Shown here piece by piece: positions 23,975 to 36,711 of a DNA stretch of 64,000 nucleotides; within the stretch, counting starts at the first letter, position 1, and each line of letters opens with the position of its first letter. Origin of the DNA: Mobula hypostoma (lineage: Eukaryota); contig NC_086097.1 of assembly GCF_963921235.1 (NCBI RefSeq), positions 148,554,001-148,618,000 on the forward strand, read 5' to 3'. The notes under the pieces were generated by a model that was not told the DNA's origin, searched no databases, and was given only the letters and a program-made list of their open reading frames with translations. The position numbers and the translations under genes were made by a program.

Positions 23975-25530
23975 GAGAGTCATAAAAAAGTACAGCACAA
24001 AAACAGGCCCTTTGGCCCATCAAGTCTATGCCGAACCATTTAAACTGCCTACTCCCTTCACCCTGCACTGGGACCATAGCCTTCCATACCGCTACCATCC
24101 ATATACCTATCCAAATCTCCCTTAAACGTTGAAATCATCCTCACATGCACACGTGTACGGGGAGCTTGTTCCACACTCTCACCACCCTCTGAGTGAGGTT
24201 TCCCCTCATGTTCCCCTTAAACTTTTCATCTTTCAACCTTTCCCCATCATCTCTGGTTGTAGCCCCACCCAACCTCAGTAGAAAAAGCCTGCTTGCATTT
24301 ACCCTATCTATACCACTCACGATTTTCCATACTTCTGTCAAATCTCCTCTCAATCTTCTAAGTTCCAAGGAATAAAGTCCTAGCCTATTCAACCTTTCCT
24401 TATAACTCAGGTCCTCCAGACCCAGCAACATCTGTATTCTTTCAATCTGATTTACACCTTTCCTGTAGGTAGGTGACCAAAAATAAGAACATAAGAACAT
24501 AAGAAATAGGAGCAGGAGTAGGCCATCCGGCCCTTCAAGCCTGCTCCACCATTCAATATCATGGCTGATCTGTCCGTAAACTTAGCTCCATCGACTAGCC
24601 TTTTCCCCATAACCCTTAATTCCCTTACTATGTAAAAACCTACCTGTTTCTTAAATATATTTAGTGAAGAAGCCTCAACTGCTTCCCTGAGCAGAGAATT
24701 CCACAGATTCACCACTTTCTGGGAAAAACAGTTTCTCCTCATCTCCATCCTAAATCTTCTCCTCTGAATCTCGAGGCAATGTCCCCTAGTTCTAGTCTCA
24801 CCTACCAATGGAAACAACTTTCCTACTTCTATCTTATCTATCCTTTTCAAAATTTTGTATTTTTCCATAAGATCCCCCCATCATTCTTCTGAACTCCAGA
24901 GAGTATAGTCCCAGGCAACCCAATCTCTCCTCATAGGTTAACCCCTTCATCCCTGGAATCAATCTGGTGAACCTCCTCTGCACTGCCTCCAAAGCCAGTA
25001 TATCCTTCTTTAAGAATGGAGACCAGAACTGCACACAGTACTCCAGGTGCGGCCTTACCAGTACCCTGTGTAGTTACAGCATGACCTCCCTGCCCTTGAA
25101 TTCAATCCCTCTAGCAATGAAGGCCAACATTCTGTTTGCCTTCTTAATAACCTGCTGTACCTGCAAGCCAACTTTTTGCGATTCATGCACAAGCATTCCC
25201 AAGTCCCTCCGCACAACAGCATGCTGCAATTTTTCACCATTTAAATAATAAACTGCTCTTCTATTATTCCTTCCAAAGTGGATGATCTTGCATGTACCAA
25301 CGTTGCATTCCATCTGCACACGGTACTCCAAATTAAGCCTCACCAAAATCTTATACAACTTCAACACAACATCTCATCTCCTGTTCTCATTACTTAAATT
25401 TATGAAGGACAATGTACCAAATGCTTTCTTTGCAAACCTATCTACCTGTGATGTCACTTTCAATAAATTATAGACCTGCATTCCCAGATCTCTTTGTTCT
25501 ACCACACTTCTCAGTGCCCTACCATCATTG
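23975..25530 (-). mobile_element. CR1 3' fragment hosting a second CR1
   Basis: ORF 24141..24500 (LGLYSLELRRLRGDL). Host sequence ggtgaccaaaa|ctgcacacggtactcc is split by the nested copy. Confidence 0.9.
24483..25313 (-). mobile_element. Nested CR1 3' fragment with (TTCTTATG)n tail
   Basis: ataagaacataagaacataag tail; ORFs 24452..24868, 24834..25034 and 25074..25367 match the CR1 RT C-terminus. Confidence 0.9.
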
Positions 25531-25599
25531 TGTAAGCTTTAAGTCTTTCTATTTCTGTAGCTTTCTCTTCTCCAACAAACCCACAAGATATCCAGTTCA

Positions 25600-25734
25600 C
25601 AAACAACAGAAAATCTGCAGATGCTCAAAATCCGAGCAACACACACAAAATGCTGGAGGAACTCAGCAAGCCAGGCAGTATCTATGGAAAAAAGTACAGT
25701 TGACATTTTAGGCTGAAACCCTTCAGCAGGACAG
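25600..25734 (-). mobile_element. Penelope-like terminal fragment with degenerate hammerhead
   Basis: Collinear with 15797-15885. Confidence 0.7.
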
Positions 25735-28700
25735 GTTTCTGGTTTCAGTTCATATCCAGTTCAGGCTTCTTGTAATTCTTCAATTTGATTGCTCCATTTT
25801 TTGCACCCAGGTTTTCAGTTACCTTGACCAAGAGTTATTGAACTCTATCCCTCTAAACCATTCAATCTCATTATTATCTGCTCTTTGTCTAAATTTCTTC
25901 TTAGAATATGTTATAATCGTATTTGGTTTGGTACCTTGGGTTGTTTTCCAACATAATGAGTGCTATGTAAGTACAAGTTTATGTTTTTAGACTCTGGGAT
26001 AGAATGAATTGCAGATTAAAAGCTGCTTTGTGCCCAGATATTTTTGCTTTAGTGCTATTTTGCCTCTGTGTAACTATTAATGGATTGTTTTCTGTAATTT
26101 GTCTGCTCTCTGTTTCTGTTACAAATCAATTGTAAAAACAAAGAGCAAGGCAGAGCATTCAAACAATCAACCAACACAATTAACAGCACAGGTTTTAATT
26201 GGCAATTACAATTCCATTATCCAAGTTTGGCAGCTCATTTACCCTTTTAGAAAGCCTTCAACCAGAACAGATTAGTGGCAGCTGGTTTGGTTTTCACAAG
26301 AAATTATAAAATAGATGGTTTGTGGCTATCAGATGAAGACATTCTGCAAATCGGAGAAATGGCTACTACAGGGTTCAGAAATAGCCCATTTCTGTTAAAT
26401 TAGAAACAATACGCACTTCCTCCCTTCCTCTCTTTTTCACCCTCCCCTATAAGCTTTCTTGCTCTTAAAGGCAGCAGAAAATAGCTCTGGGAACACTCTC
26501 CCACTTCAAGGTACAGCATCACGTATCTCCCTAGTCAGGTCACAAAACATTGTTAAATCAAAAAGCAGCCCAACTCCTTGGGGGCACCACCTGCTGAATC
26601 AGCTGGATGTTGTCATTTCACATAGCAAGCCATTTTCTGTCTGTTCTTATTGTATTGTTGATCTAGAACCAAATAATCCAGAACCTGCGCTACTTCTGAG
26701 CTGTATGCTTTTACCCTATGCAGAACTGAATTAGATGTTCTTGAGACACGGGCAGACTATAGGCTACTGTTATAATTTCAGTATAAATTCTATAACTATC
26801 ATTTGCACGCTAAAAAGCTTGAATGCTTGCTCTGAAAACATCTACAATAAGATTAGGTAGATAAACGAAGTATTTAGCTAGACCAACAAATGCAAACTTC
26901 ACTTTTGTGAAATGGATTCATCATTTCTTTGGATTTATATGACATGTATTATGGTTATTGAAACAAAATGGTGCAATGCTCTTATCTTCAGGGTCATGAG
27001 CTTGTGAATGCTCCAAGTTCATGTTGTGCTGTTAATTTAACATTGGTCTGTGGACAAATATCACTTTGTACTGAATGTCACAGAGTAGAATTGATCGGGA
27101 AATTCCCTGGCTGATTCACCATTCTCTTCCTGTTCCTTCTTGTGACATATTGCCACACAAAAGGTACCATATAAATTAAATAGTTGATAAAACAGACAGA
27201 GCAATGTTTACCTGAGGCAAAGTGTTGCCATTTGGGGAGCTGCTGATTTGTTTTTCCCAATCTTAATTGACATAATTTCAATGGAAATTGAACCCATGAG
27301 AGATATAAACAAACTACTAGCTCAAAATTATGACTATTTTCTCTTAAAATGTTCTTAAATTATTATTTGTGCCATTAGAATTGTGAATTGTCCTTGGGGT
27401 CAGTGTTTCTATCGAAATGATCCCTGACCTATGTATATGAGTGAATGTCAATGTCCCCACTTTTCTCTGGGCCTCTGTCTTTTATTTTTTATACCTCCCA
27501 AGTGATGTTGACAGACTTTGACAAGCAAATAGGTTGACTCTGTCATCCCTGTTCAGGCTTAAGTCTGAGAGGCAGACAGACAAGGGGAGCTATTAAACAT
27601 GATTCACAAGCAGATTACACTGCTAAAGAGGTTCAAGGGAAGTGGGAGGGAAAGAGAAAGAAGATTGGATTAGAAGAGGCAAGGATAGTAAAAAGGCACT
27701 AACAGCTCTGAGTAGAGCAGTGCGTCCATGGCTGCCAACACAATTACATTTCAAGGAGGAACTCTATAGACTATTCACTTAGACAAATATTTTCACTGTC
27801 AGCTCTCAGTCTTGTGTGGAAATAGCCACTCAAAAGCTCTTCTGCTGGATTAGTTCACTGTCACAAATGTGGACTTCTGAAAGACTTTAAATTATTACCA
27901 GAAAACTGCACCAAAAAAATCACTTCAGTCTGCTGAAAGTGGTTCCAACAGTGATATGTCAGCGTAACAGTCTGTTCACGTTAAGAGAATAACATCTTTA
28001 GAAGGTACGTGCGTGATTATGAATAACTTCTTCTCACCTTGGGGAACTGGCTTCAAATTCATTTTGTATTGGGTGGGTGGTTAGAAAGTCTCTCAACTCA
28101 CCTCAACATATCTGGGTTTTCCTGCAGGAAGGGTCTGTATCTGTTCACCAAAAAGAGTAGCAGATCATGTCTGTAGACTAATTTAGCCTTTTTCCTTGTA
28201 GAAAATATAGTTCAAATTGAACAAAATAATATCTCGTAATTCAGGTCATGAATCATCTTTGAATTTAAATGACTACAGAAATTTTACACAGAGTACTTCC
28301 ATATAAACAGCAATATGATAATTTTCAGGATAGTCCATTTATGTTGGCATTGTTATATAGGGAATATTGGCCAAGAAATCAGGTGATCTACATTCTCCTC
28401 TTCTAAGTGTATTGTTGGTACTAAAACATGCATCTGAAAAGACAGATGTGCATCTTATTTGATGATTCAGCGTGTTTCTCACTATTACTCTGGAGCATCA
28501 GCTAAAATGGATATGGATTGGCAATAACTCATCCATTAATATGTGAGACGATAGTAAGCGGATGAAGAAGGCTATTCCTACACTGAATGTTGAACAGTCG
28601 GTTCAAAGAATCTCCTGTAAAAGCAACAGAAATTTCTACATTTCTTACATTTTCCCAAGAATGTAAAAAAGTTTATGTGTTAAATGAAAACAAAATTAAA

Positions 28701-28889
28701 TATTGCCTGTAGGCTTTGAAAGATTTTCCTATATTCAGAAATATTTTGAAACAATTAAAATCAATGTAAAAAAATTTAAGGGAAATGAGTTTACTGACCT
28801 CACAAAGGATAGACTAAGCTCTGCATCTAATATTCCACTTAATATCTCAAAACATTACTCAAAGCTATGAATGCAGATTCAAAGCCAAA

Positions 28890-29290
28890 GTTAGAGTCAA
28901 GTTTCTTGTCATATGCACTAGTGCAATGAACTGCAGCAGTGTCACAGCCACATAACATCAGATTTACAACATTCACAAGAAAAAACAATTTAAACTTAAA
29001 ATATACAAGGAACAACACAATTAGAATAAAATTCTAAAGTCTATCATGGTGCAACGTGGTTAAAGTAACCATAGTATTGCTACACAGAGGTAGTGATGAG
29101 GGTTTACAGGTTGGAAACAAATGGTTGAAGGGGAATAACTGTTCCTTCATCCAGGTGGTGTGGGACTTCAGGCTTCTGAACCTACTGCCCAGTGGTAGCT
29201 GCAAGAAGATGGCGTGCTCCAAATGGAGTAGATCTTTGATGACATGTGGCTTTCATGAGGCAGTACTTCTTCATACATAATAGTGGGAAA
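28890..29290 (-). mobile_element. Rex1/Babar-like 3' fragment
   Basis: ORF 29034..29222 LQLPLGSRFRSLKSHTTWMK resembles the C-terminus at 51981..52199. Confidence 0.7.
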
Positions 29291-30640
29291 GATTGGCAAG
29301 GGGATAGGAACCAGAGTGATTGGGATGAAGATGGGTGGCTGGTATACAAGTTGATGCAGTGTGTAGTGCGACTGTGAGAACAGGGTAAAATTGCAGTCAG
29401 TGGGATGAATTGAAGTGTAACATGGAGGCAAAATCAAAAAGGGTAACGGATACATGTCTGAAGCTGTTATATATAAATGCACTCCATATACAGAATAAGT
29501 AGATGATCTTGCAGCACAGTTAGAGATTGGCAGGTATGATGTTGTGGGCCTCACTGAATTGTGACTGAAAGAAAGTCAGAGCTAGGAGCTTAACATCGAA
29601 GGATACACATTATATCAAAAGTACAGGCAGGTAGGCAAAGGGAGTAGGGTGGCTCCGTTGGTAACAAATGAAATCAAATCCTTAAAAAGAGATGACATTG
29701 GAGCAGAAGGTAGGATCCTTATGGGTAGAATTAAGACACTACAAGGGTAAAAGGACCCTGATAGGAGTCAAAATATAGGCTCAAAAGAGTAGCCAGGATT
29801 TGGGATATAAATTACAAAGGGAAATAGAAAAGACATGTAAAAAAGGACAAAGTTACAATTCTCATGGGGAAATTTCAATATGCAGGTAATTGGGAAAATC
29901 AAGTTGCTACTGGATCTCAAGAAAGGGAACTTGTCGAATGCTTTTGAGATACTTTTTAGATCAGCTTGTGGTGGAGTCCACGAGGGGAAAGGCAATTCTG
30001 GATTGGGTGTTGTGTAATGAACCACATTATATTAGGGAGCTTAGGGTAAAAGAACCCTTAGGAGGCAGTGATCATAATATGATGTAATTCTCCCTGCAGT
30101 TTGAGAGGGAGAAGATAAAATCAGATGTATCAGAATTACAGTAGAATAAAGGAAATTACAGAGGCATGAGAGAGGAGCTGGTCAAAGTTGATTGGAAGGG
30201 GACACTATCAGGGATGATGCAGGACAACAATGGCTGGTGATTCTGGGGCCAATTCAAAAAGCACAAGATAGATAAATCACAAAGATGAAAAAGGGATGAT
30301 CAGGTAATCGTGGCTAACAAGGGAAGTCAAAGACAGCATAAAGGAAAAGAAGGCATATGATATAGCAGGAAATGGGGGGAGGCAGAGGATTGGGAAGCTT
30401 TTAAAAACCAACAGAAGACAAGTAAAAAAGCCATAAGGGAAGAAGAGATGAAACATGAAGGTAAGCTGGCCAATAATATAGAAGAGGATACCAATTTTTT
30501 TTTCAGATAGATAGAGAGTAAAAGAGAGGTGAGAGTGAATATCAGACTACTGGAAAATGACACGGAAGAGGTAGTAACAGAGGCAAAGAATTGGTGGATG
30601 AACTAACTAGGTATTTTGTGTCGGCATTCACTGTGGAAGA

Positions 30641-32184
30641 TGTTATGTTTTGCAACTCCAAACCATAAAACTAAATGAAAGAAAAAGACAAGAGCCCAGG
30701 AGAACGTGTCCAGTTTCATTTTTACTTTAAATGAGGAACACACTTATAACGTGGAGGCTAAATGACATATGCCATTCATGTACTTTTACATAAAACTTGT
30801 AATAAATTATTTAAACAAAGGCTGCTTAATCAAACAATATATTTACAATATTACTCAAATATTACTGAAATATTAAATACACAATGTTCCTCCCTGCTTA
30901 GTGATAAATTCTAACTCAATATAGATTGCATCTCAACTATATACACAGGATATACTGTATATAATACAACTTCCATATAGACATCCACAACATGGTAAAA
31001 TTTAGATTGTCCCATTCAGGCCTAAGTATTTAATTGCTGTGGAAGATTTCCTACTCTTGTGAGATAGCGTCTTGCTAACCAGGAGGTCACTCAGCTTGGC
31101 AGGTGAGACTTATGGGTGTGAAACAACCTCAGGTTCTGGGGCCTCCTCCGTGCTGGTTGTAGGAGTTGACTCTGGAACTATAGCAAGTGGTTCTGACAAT
31201 TTTGGATACTTTTCTTCTGGACATGTCGGCATCCCCAACAGTGTATGGCAATTTATGTGATCTGCTGATCTATCCCAGGCCACTAGTCAAAGCTTGGAGC
31301 CAACACTTTCATTTTGAGCACACCTAGATGACTGGCATGTAGCTCTTCTAGCACTTCAGCTCTCAGCTTGGATGGTGCAACATCTCTAAATCCCCACATA
31401 AGGCAACCTCTGTCAAAGGCAAGCTCATGCCAGCCAAGCTGGTTTCTGTTTAGACATTACAATTTTGTTCACGCTCACTTTCATTCCTGACTGCAGCTCA
31501 ATTGTGTCTCTGTCTGCTGTTTCCATTCATACAGAAATTTCAACTGTTCTTTTAAATATAAGTTGCGCTTCAGTTAGGAAACACACATCAAAGTTGCTGG
31601 TGAACGCAGCAGGCCAGGCAGCATCTCTAGGAAGAGGTGCAGTTGACGTTTCAGGTCGCCCAGACCCACTTCAGTTAGGATCTGTTTTTGAATGCTTTCT
31701 TGTCAGATTCCACAAACTAAACAATCTCTCAGTGCATCATTAAGCCCATCATTGAACTGACAAAGCTCAACTTCTTCAATTCTACATATGCTGAAATAGA
31801 CTCCCTTTCCTTTTGATTCCACTAAAATGTTCTGCAGCCAACAATGATTTTGGTTCTAAATGTATCTGCACTACTTTCACAAGATCAGCAAAGCCCATTT
31901 AGCTGGTCTGATTGGAAAGTCAGACTTCTGAGCAAACCATATGCTCTTCCAGTCAATGCTCCAAAACATAAAACTAACTGAAAGAAAAATGATGGGAGAC
32001 CAGGAGAACATGTATGCTTTGTTTCTTTACTTTAGTGAGGCATGCATTTGTAACGTGGTGGCAAAATAACATATGCCATTCATGTACTTTTACATATAAC
32101 CCATAATAAATTATTTAAGTGAACAAAGAATGTTTAATCAAACAACATATTTACAATATTACTCAAATATACACAAACACAGCA
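30641..32184 (-). mobile_element. Internally deleted Mag-like Gypsy element with two LTRs
   Basis: LTRs 30641-30886 and about 31958-32184, TSD GAAGA (30636-30640, 32185-32189), PPT AAGCAGGGAGGAA next to the 3' LTR, gag scrap, integrase zinc-domain scrap GCLMWG..VLEELHASHLG..KMK...WPGIDQQI. Confidence 0.88.
31580..31668 (-). mobile_element. 89-bp Penelope-like terminal fragment with 12-bp TSD
   Basis: CTTCAGTTAGGA at 31568-31579 and 31669-31680. Same subfamily as 15216-15261. Confidence 0.8.
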
Positions 32185-32439
32185 GAAGACACAAGCAGCT
32201 TGCCAGAAATTTGAGAGTGTCAGGGAGCAGAAGTGAGTATATTTGCTATTACTAAGGAGAAGGTGCTTGGGAAGTTGAAAGGTCTGAAGGTAGGTAAGTC
32301 ACCAGCACCAGATGGTCTACATCCCAGTGTTCTGAAGGAAATAGCTGAAGAGATTATGGAGGGATTAGTAATGATCTTTCATGAATCACAAGATTTTGGA
32401 CTGGTTCCAGAGGACTGGAAAATTGCAGATGTCATTCTA

Positions 32440-32785
32440 CTCCACAATCTCCATCAGCGCTACTCATTTTACACTTATGATTGTGTGGCTACGCACAACT
32501 CTAATTAATACCATATTTAACTTTGCTGATGACACTATTGTTGTGTCCAAATCAAAGGTGGTGACAAATCAGTATATAAGTGGGAGATTGAAAACCTGGC
32601 TGGGTGATGCCATAACAACAACCTCTCACTCAATGTCAGCAGAACCAAGGAGCTGATGATTGACTTCAGGGGGAAGAAGCCAGAAGTCCAAGAGGCATTC
32701 CTCATGGGATCAGAGGTGAAAGGGGGTCATCAACGTTAAATTCCTCAGTGATTCAGAGGATCTGTCCTGTGCCCAGCATGTAAGC
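32440..32785 (+). mobile_element. Rex1/Babar-like RT fragment
   Basis: YSFYTYDCVATHNSN, NTIFNFADDTIV, NNNLSLNVSRTKELMIDFR. Confidence 0.8.
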
Positions 32786-33332
32786 ACACCTTGGTAGAAG
32801 GAATAATGGCGTAGACTATTTTCGAAATGGGGGAAAATTCAAAAATCAGACATACAAAGGGACTTGGGAGACCTTGTGCAGGATGAAGGACAGTCATGGA
32901 GTCATGGAAAAGTTACAGCACAGAAACAGGCCCTTCAGCTCATTAACACATGCCAAGCCATTTAAACTGCTTATTCCAATTGACCTGCACCGGGTTCACA
33001 TGCATCACTTGTGCTGGCAGCTTGTTCCACACTCTCACGACACACTGAGTGAAGAAGTTTTCCTTAAACCTTTCACCTTTCATCCTTAACCCATTACATC
33101 TAGTAGTAGCCCCACCCCATAATCAGTGGAAAGAACCTGCTTGCACTTACTCTATCTGTACCCCTCAAAATTTTGTATACCTTTATCAAAACTTCCTTCT
33201 GTCTTGTATGTTCCAAGGAATAAAGTCCTAACCTAATCAATCTTTCCTTATAACTCAGGTCCTCCAGACCTGGCAACATCCCTGTAAATTTTCCCTGTAC
33301 TCATCCAACCTTATTTAGATCTTTCCTGTAAG

Positions 33333-33519
33333 ATGTTGAGTTGAGCTCCTCTCCGTACCTTGCCATTTCTTTACCATTTGTCAGTTTTTTATGAGGCTGA
33401 GTTGCCGGCTTGACACTCAACCCCGCACAGGGGGAAAGTATGCAAGGAGCTGGCCAGATTCAAACCTGGGACCATTCGCCTCGAAGTTCAGTGCAGATGC
33501 CATTACACCAATGACCAGC
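33333..33519 (-). mobile_element. tRNA-derived SINE (same family as 57613-57818)
   Basis: A box TGGTGTAATGG, B box GGTTTGAATC, TSD TTTCCTGTA(A/G)G. Confidence 0.8.
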
Positions 33520-34020
33520 TTTTTCCTGTAGGTAGATGACCAAAACCGCACACAATACATTGATTTTTGAAAGCCAATGTGCCAAAAGTTTTCTTTACAA
33601 CCCTACCTGTCTGTGACACCAATTTCAATGAACTATAGACTTGTATTGCCAGATCCCTTTGTTCTACAGCACTCCTCAGTGCCCTACCATTCACTGAGTA
33701 ATATTTACCCTGGTTGGTCCTACCAAAGTGCAACATCTTGCACTTGTCTGCATTAATTTCAATTTGTCATTTTTCAACCCATTTTTCCAGCTGGTCTAGA
33801 TTCCACTGCAAACTTTGATAGTCTTCCTTGATGTCCACTACATCCACAATCTTGGTGTTGTTAAACAAATTTTCTGATCCAGTTAATGACATTATCATCC
33901 TGATCATTGATATAGATTACAAATAACAATGGATCCAGAACCAGTCCACTACTCACAGGCCTCCAGTCAAAGAGGCAGCCATCGATTACCACTCTCTAGC
34001 TTCTCCTACGAAGCCAATGT

Positions 34021-34889
34021 TCCAGCTTAAGATGGCACGACTGAAGGTGAACAACAGATCACTGGTAGTTGAAAAGGCAAGAAAGTCATCTGAAAATATT
34101 AATAATAACATCCTTTCTGTAGCAAATTGTGGTAAACTATTACCGCAAACACTGAAGAGGCAAGTGGAGGTGAAGCTGATTCGAGGGAAGAGCCATGATG
34201 GTGCAATGCAAAGATGAAGCGTAATGTGTTGTAGCTGGAGATGTTTTCACTGTCAGAGACGGAGTTGTAGTGAGCGATTTGGAGAGGAGTCGATGTGGAA
34301 GAGTTTAAATGCCCTTTCACCTAAACCAGGTGTGAGATTGGATCACTCTAAATGGTGAGCCAGTTTGGAGAGGGCAAGAATGGCTTCAGGCTGGGCAGCA
34401 AACACTAGGCCCAGAGCACACTGCTGCACCGGAGCCCGGGACCTAGAGCGTGGCACTACCTGTGCTTGAACAATTTAAATGCCGGCTCAGATCAACTGAA
34501 AGCTTGTGTGTCAGGATTGGAGGTGAGAGACAGGCTGATTTTGCTCGGTCTCCTGCAATGTTTATTTCTCTCTCTGCGGCTCTGAGGCTGTGAACTGCTT
34601 CAGCTATTGTGCTTCGTGCCTGGTGACTTACCCCTTTGTATGATGAACTGAGACCGAATCTTGGGCCTACTTGGTTGCTCCAGAGAATCGGATGTATGGA
34701 TTCAATTTGGTTTGGAGTACTGCAGCCTGCTTCTATTGTTTGTATGATGTGTTTTTTTTTGTCTTTCTCTGTGCCGTGGGTGCTGGTTATTCTTTCTTTT
34801 AGTTGTGTTCTTTCGGATTTCTGGCTTTGTGGCAGCCTGTAGTCAGACAGAATTCAGGGTGCACATTGATAATAAATGTACTTTGAACT
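34021..34889 (+). mobile_element. Non-coding retroposon-like insertion
   Basis: Interrupts CR1 RT. Head TTAAGATGGCAC, T-rich 3' region, tail TTGATAATAAATGTACTTTGAACTT. Confidence 0.65.
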
Positions 34890-35797
34890 TAATCCAGTTC
34901 ACTACCTCATCTTGAATGCCAAGCGACTGAACCTTTTTGACCAACCTCCCATGCGGGACCATGTCAAATGCCTTGCTAAAGTCCATGTAGACAACATCCA
35001 CTACTGCCTTGCCTTCATCACCTTTCCTCGTAACTTCCTCGAAAAACTCAATAATATTGGTTAGGCTCAACCTATCATGCTCAAAGCCATGTTGACTATC
35101 CCTAATCAGTCAAACGTATATCTAAATATACATCCACTAAGAATATCTACCAATAACTTTCCCACTACTGATGTCAGGCTAACCGGACTATAGTTTCCTG
35201 GCTTATTTTTAGAGCCTTTCCTAAACAGCGGAAGAACTTTGGCTGTCTGCCAGTCCTGTAGCACCTCACCTGCTGCCAAAGATGATTTAAATATCTCTGC
35301 TAGGGCCCCGGCAATTTCTGCTCATGTCTCCCATAGGGTCCAAGTAACACCTTGTCAGACCCTGGGGATTTATCCACCCTAATATGCCTCAAGACAGCAA
35401 ACACCTCCTTCCCTGTAACCTGTATAGGATCCATGAAGTCATTGCTGCTTTTCCTCACTTCTATAGACTGTGTCCGTCTCCTGAATAAATACAGATGCAA
35501 AAAAAATCTATTTAAGATCCCCCCATCTCTTTTGGCATAGATTACCATTCTGATCTTCCAGAAGACCAATTTTGTCCCTTCCAGTCCTTTTGCCCTTAGC
35601 ATATCTGTAGAATCCCATGGGATTCTCCTTCACCTTCTTTTAGCCCTCCTGATTTCTTTCTTAAGTGTTCTCCTGCATTTTTATACTCCATAAATACCTC
35701 ATTTGTTCCTACCTGCCTATACCTGCTTTGCACCTCCTTGTTATCCTTAAACAGGGCTTCCATATCTCATAAAAACGAGGGTTCCCAACACCTGTTA

Positions 35798-36711
35798 ATT
35801 CCGGTCGAAATGGTACCTGTGTACAACAGTCCTTTGGTTGACAATTTCTGGATAGATCATGAAACCATTGTTTTCACTTATTTTATGTTTGCTTCTCATC
35901 TTGAATGTCATTCTGGAACCGTTGGAGCCCGTGTTCTGCTGTTTGGAGATCATTTGGGTGCTGAAGCACCCTGCAGTCTCCGAGGGGATTCCGGGAGGCT
36001 GAGGCAGTGTGAGCCATCCTCGTGGCAGGATGGCGCGCAAGCTGATGTTTGACCCATTTTGCTGATTAAAGCTTCCATTGTTCGCCAATTAAAGTGATGA
36101 AGGCAATTGAAATATCTTGGCGAGTGCAGAAGTTTGGAGACTGCCATGGTGTTCCAGCGTGCTGCAGTCTCCAAGAGGATTCTGGGATGCAGCGTGCACG
36201 AATCTCATAGTAGGCAGGCAACAGGACGGTGCGCAAGCCAATGTTTGGCTCCATTTTACCGATTAAAGCTCCCATTTATCACCCATTAAACCAAAGAGGG
36301 AGATTGAAGCATCAAAGTGAGTGCAGACGGTGATTGCCTGCTGCTTGCCTTTTGATTGGTTGCTCTGTACCAGAGAGGGGAGAGCCTGCTACTGCACCCA
36401 GGCCAAGGAGAGCATTGTCCAGGTTTTTTTTTTTTACGTGTTTTGAATGTGAACTTTGGGACTACAGACTCTATTTTTCAGTCTTATAATTTTTATATTC
36501 TGTGTTTTCTCACCCGATCTTCTCAGTTTTTTTTGTGTGGGGAGGAGAGACTTGAAAGTTGATGTGCCTGATCCATTTTGCTTGATTTTTTTGCAGGGAG
36601 GTGAGATTTGGGGATGATGATTGTGTTGCCTTTCTTTTCTTTTCTTTCTTGGTTTCATGGCTACCTGGAGAATTGAAGAATTTCAGAGTTGTATACTTTG
36701 ATAATAACTGA
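35798..36711 (+). mobile_element. Non-coding retroposon-like insertion with 8-bp TSD
   Basis: TSD ACCTGTTA (35790-35797, 36712-36719). Head TTCCGGTCGAAATGG, tail TACTTTGATAATAACTGAA. Confidence 0.75.

Noticed and set aside
28095..28135. 20-nt minus-strand exon candidate
   Set aside because: Short pyrimidine tract and no other support.
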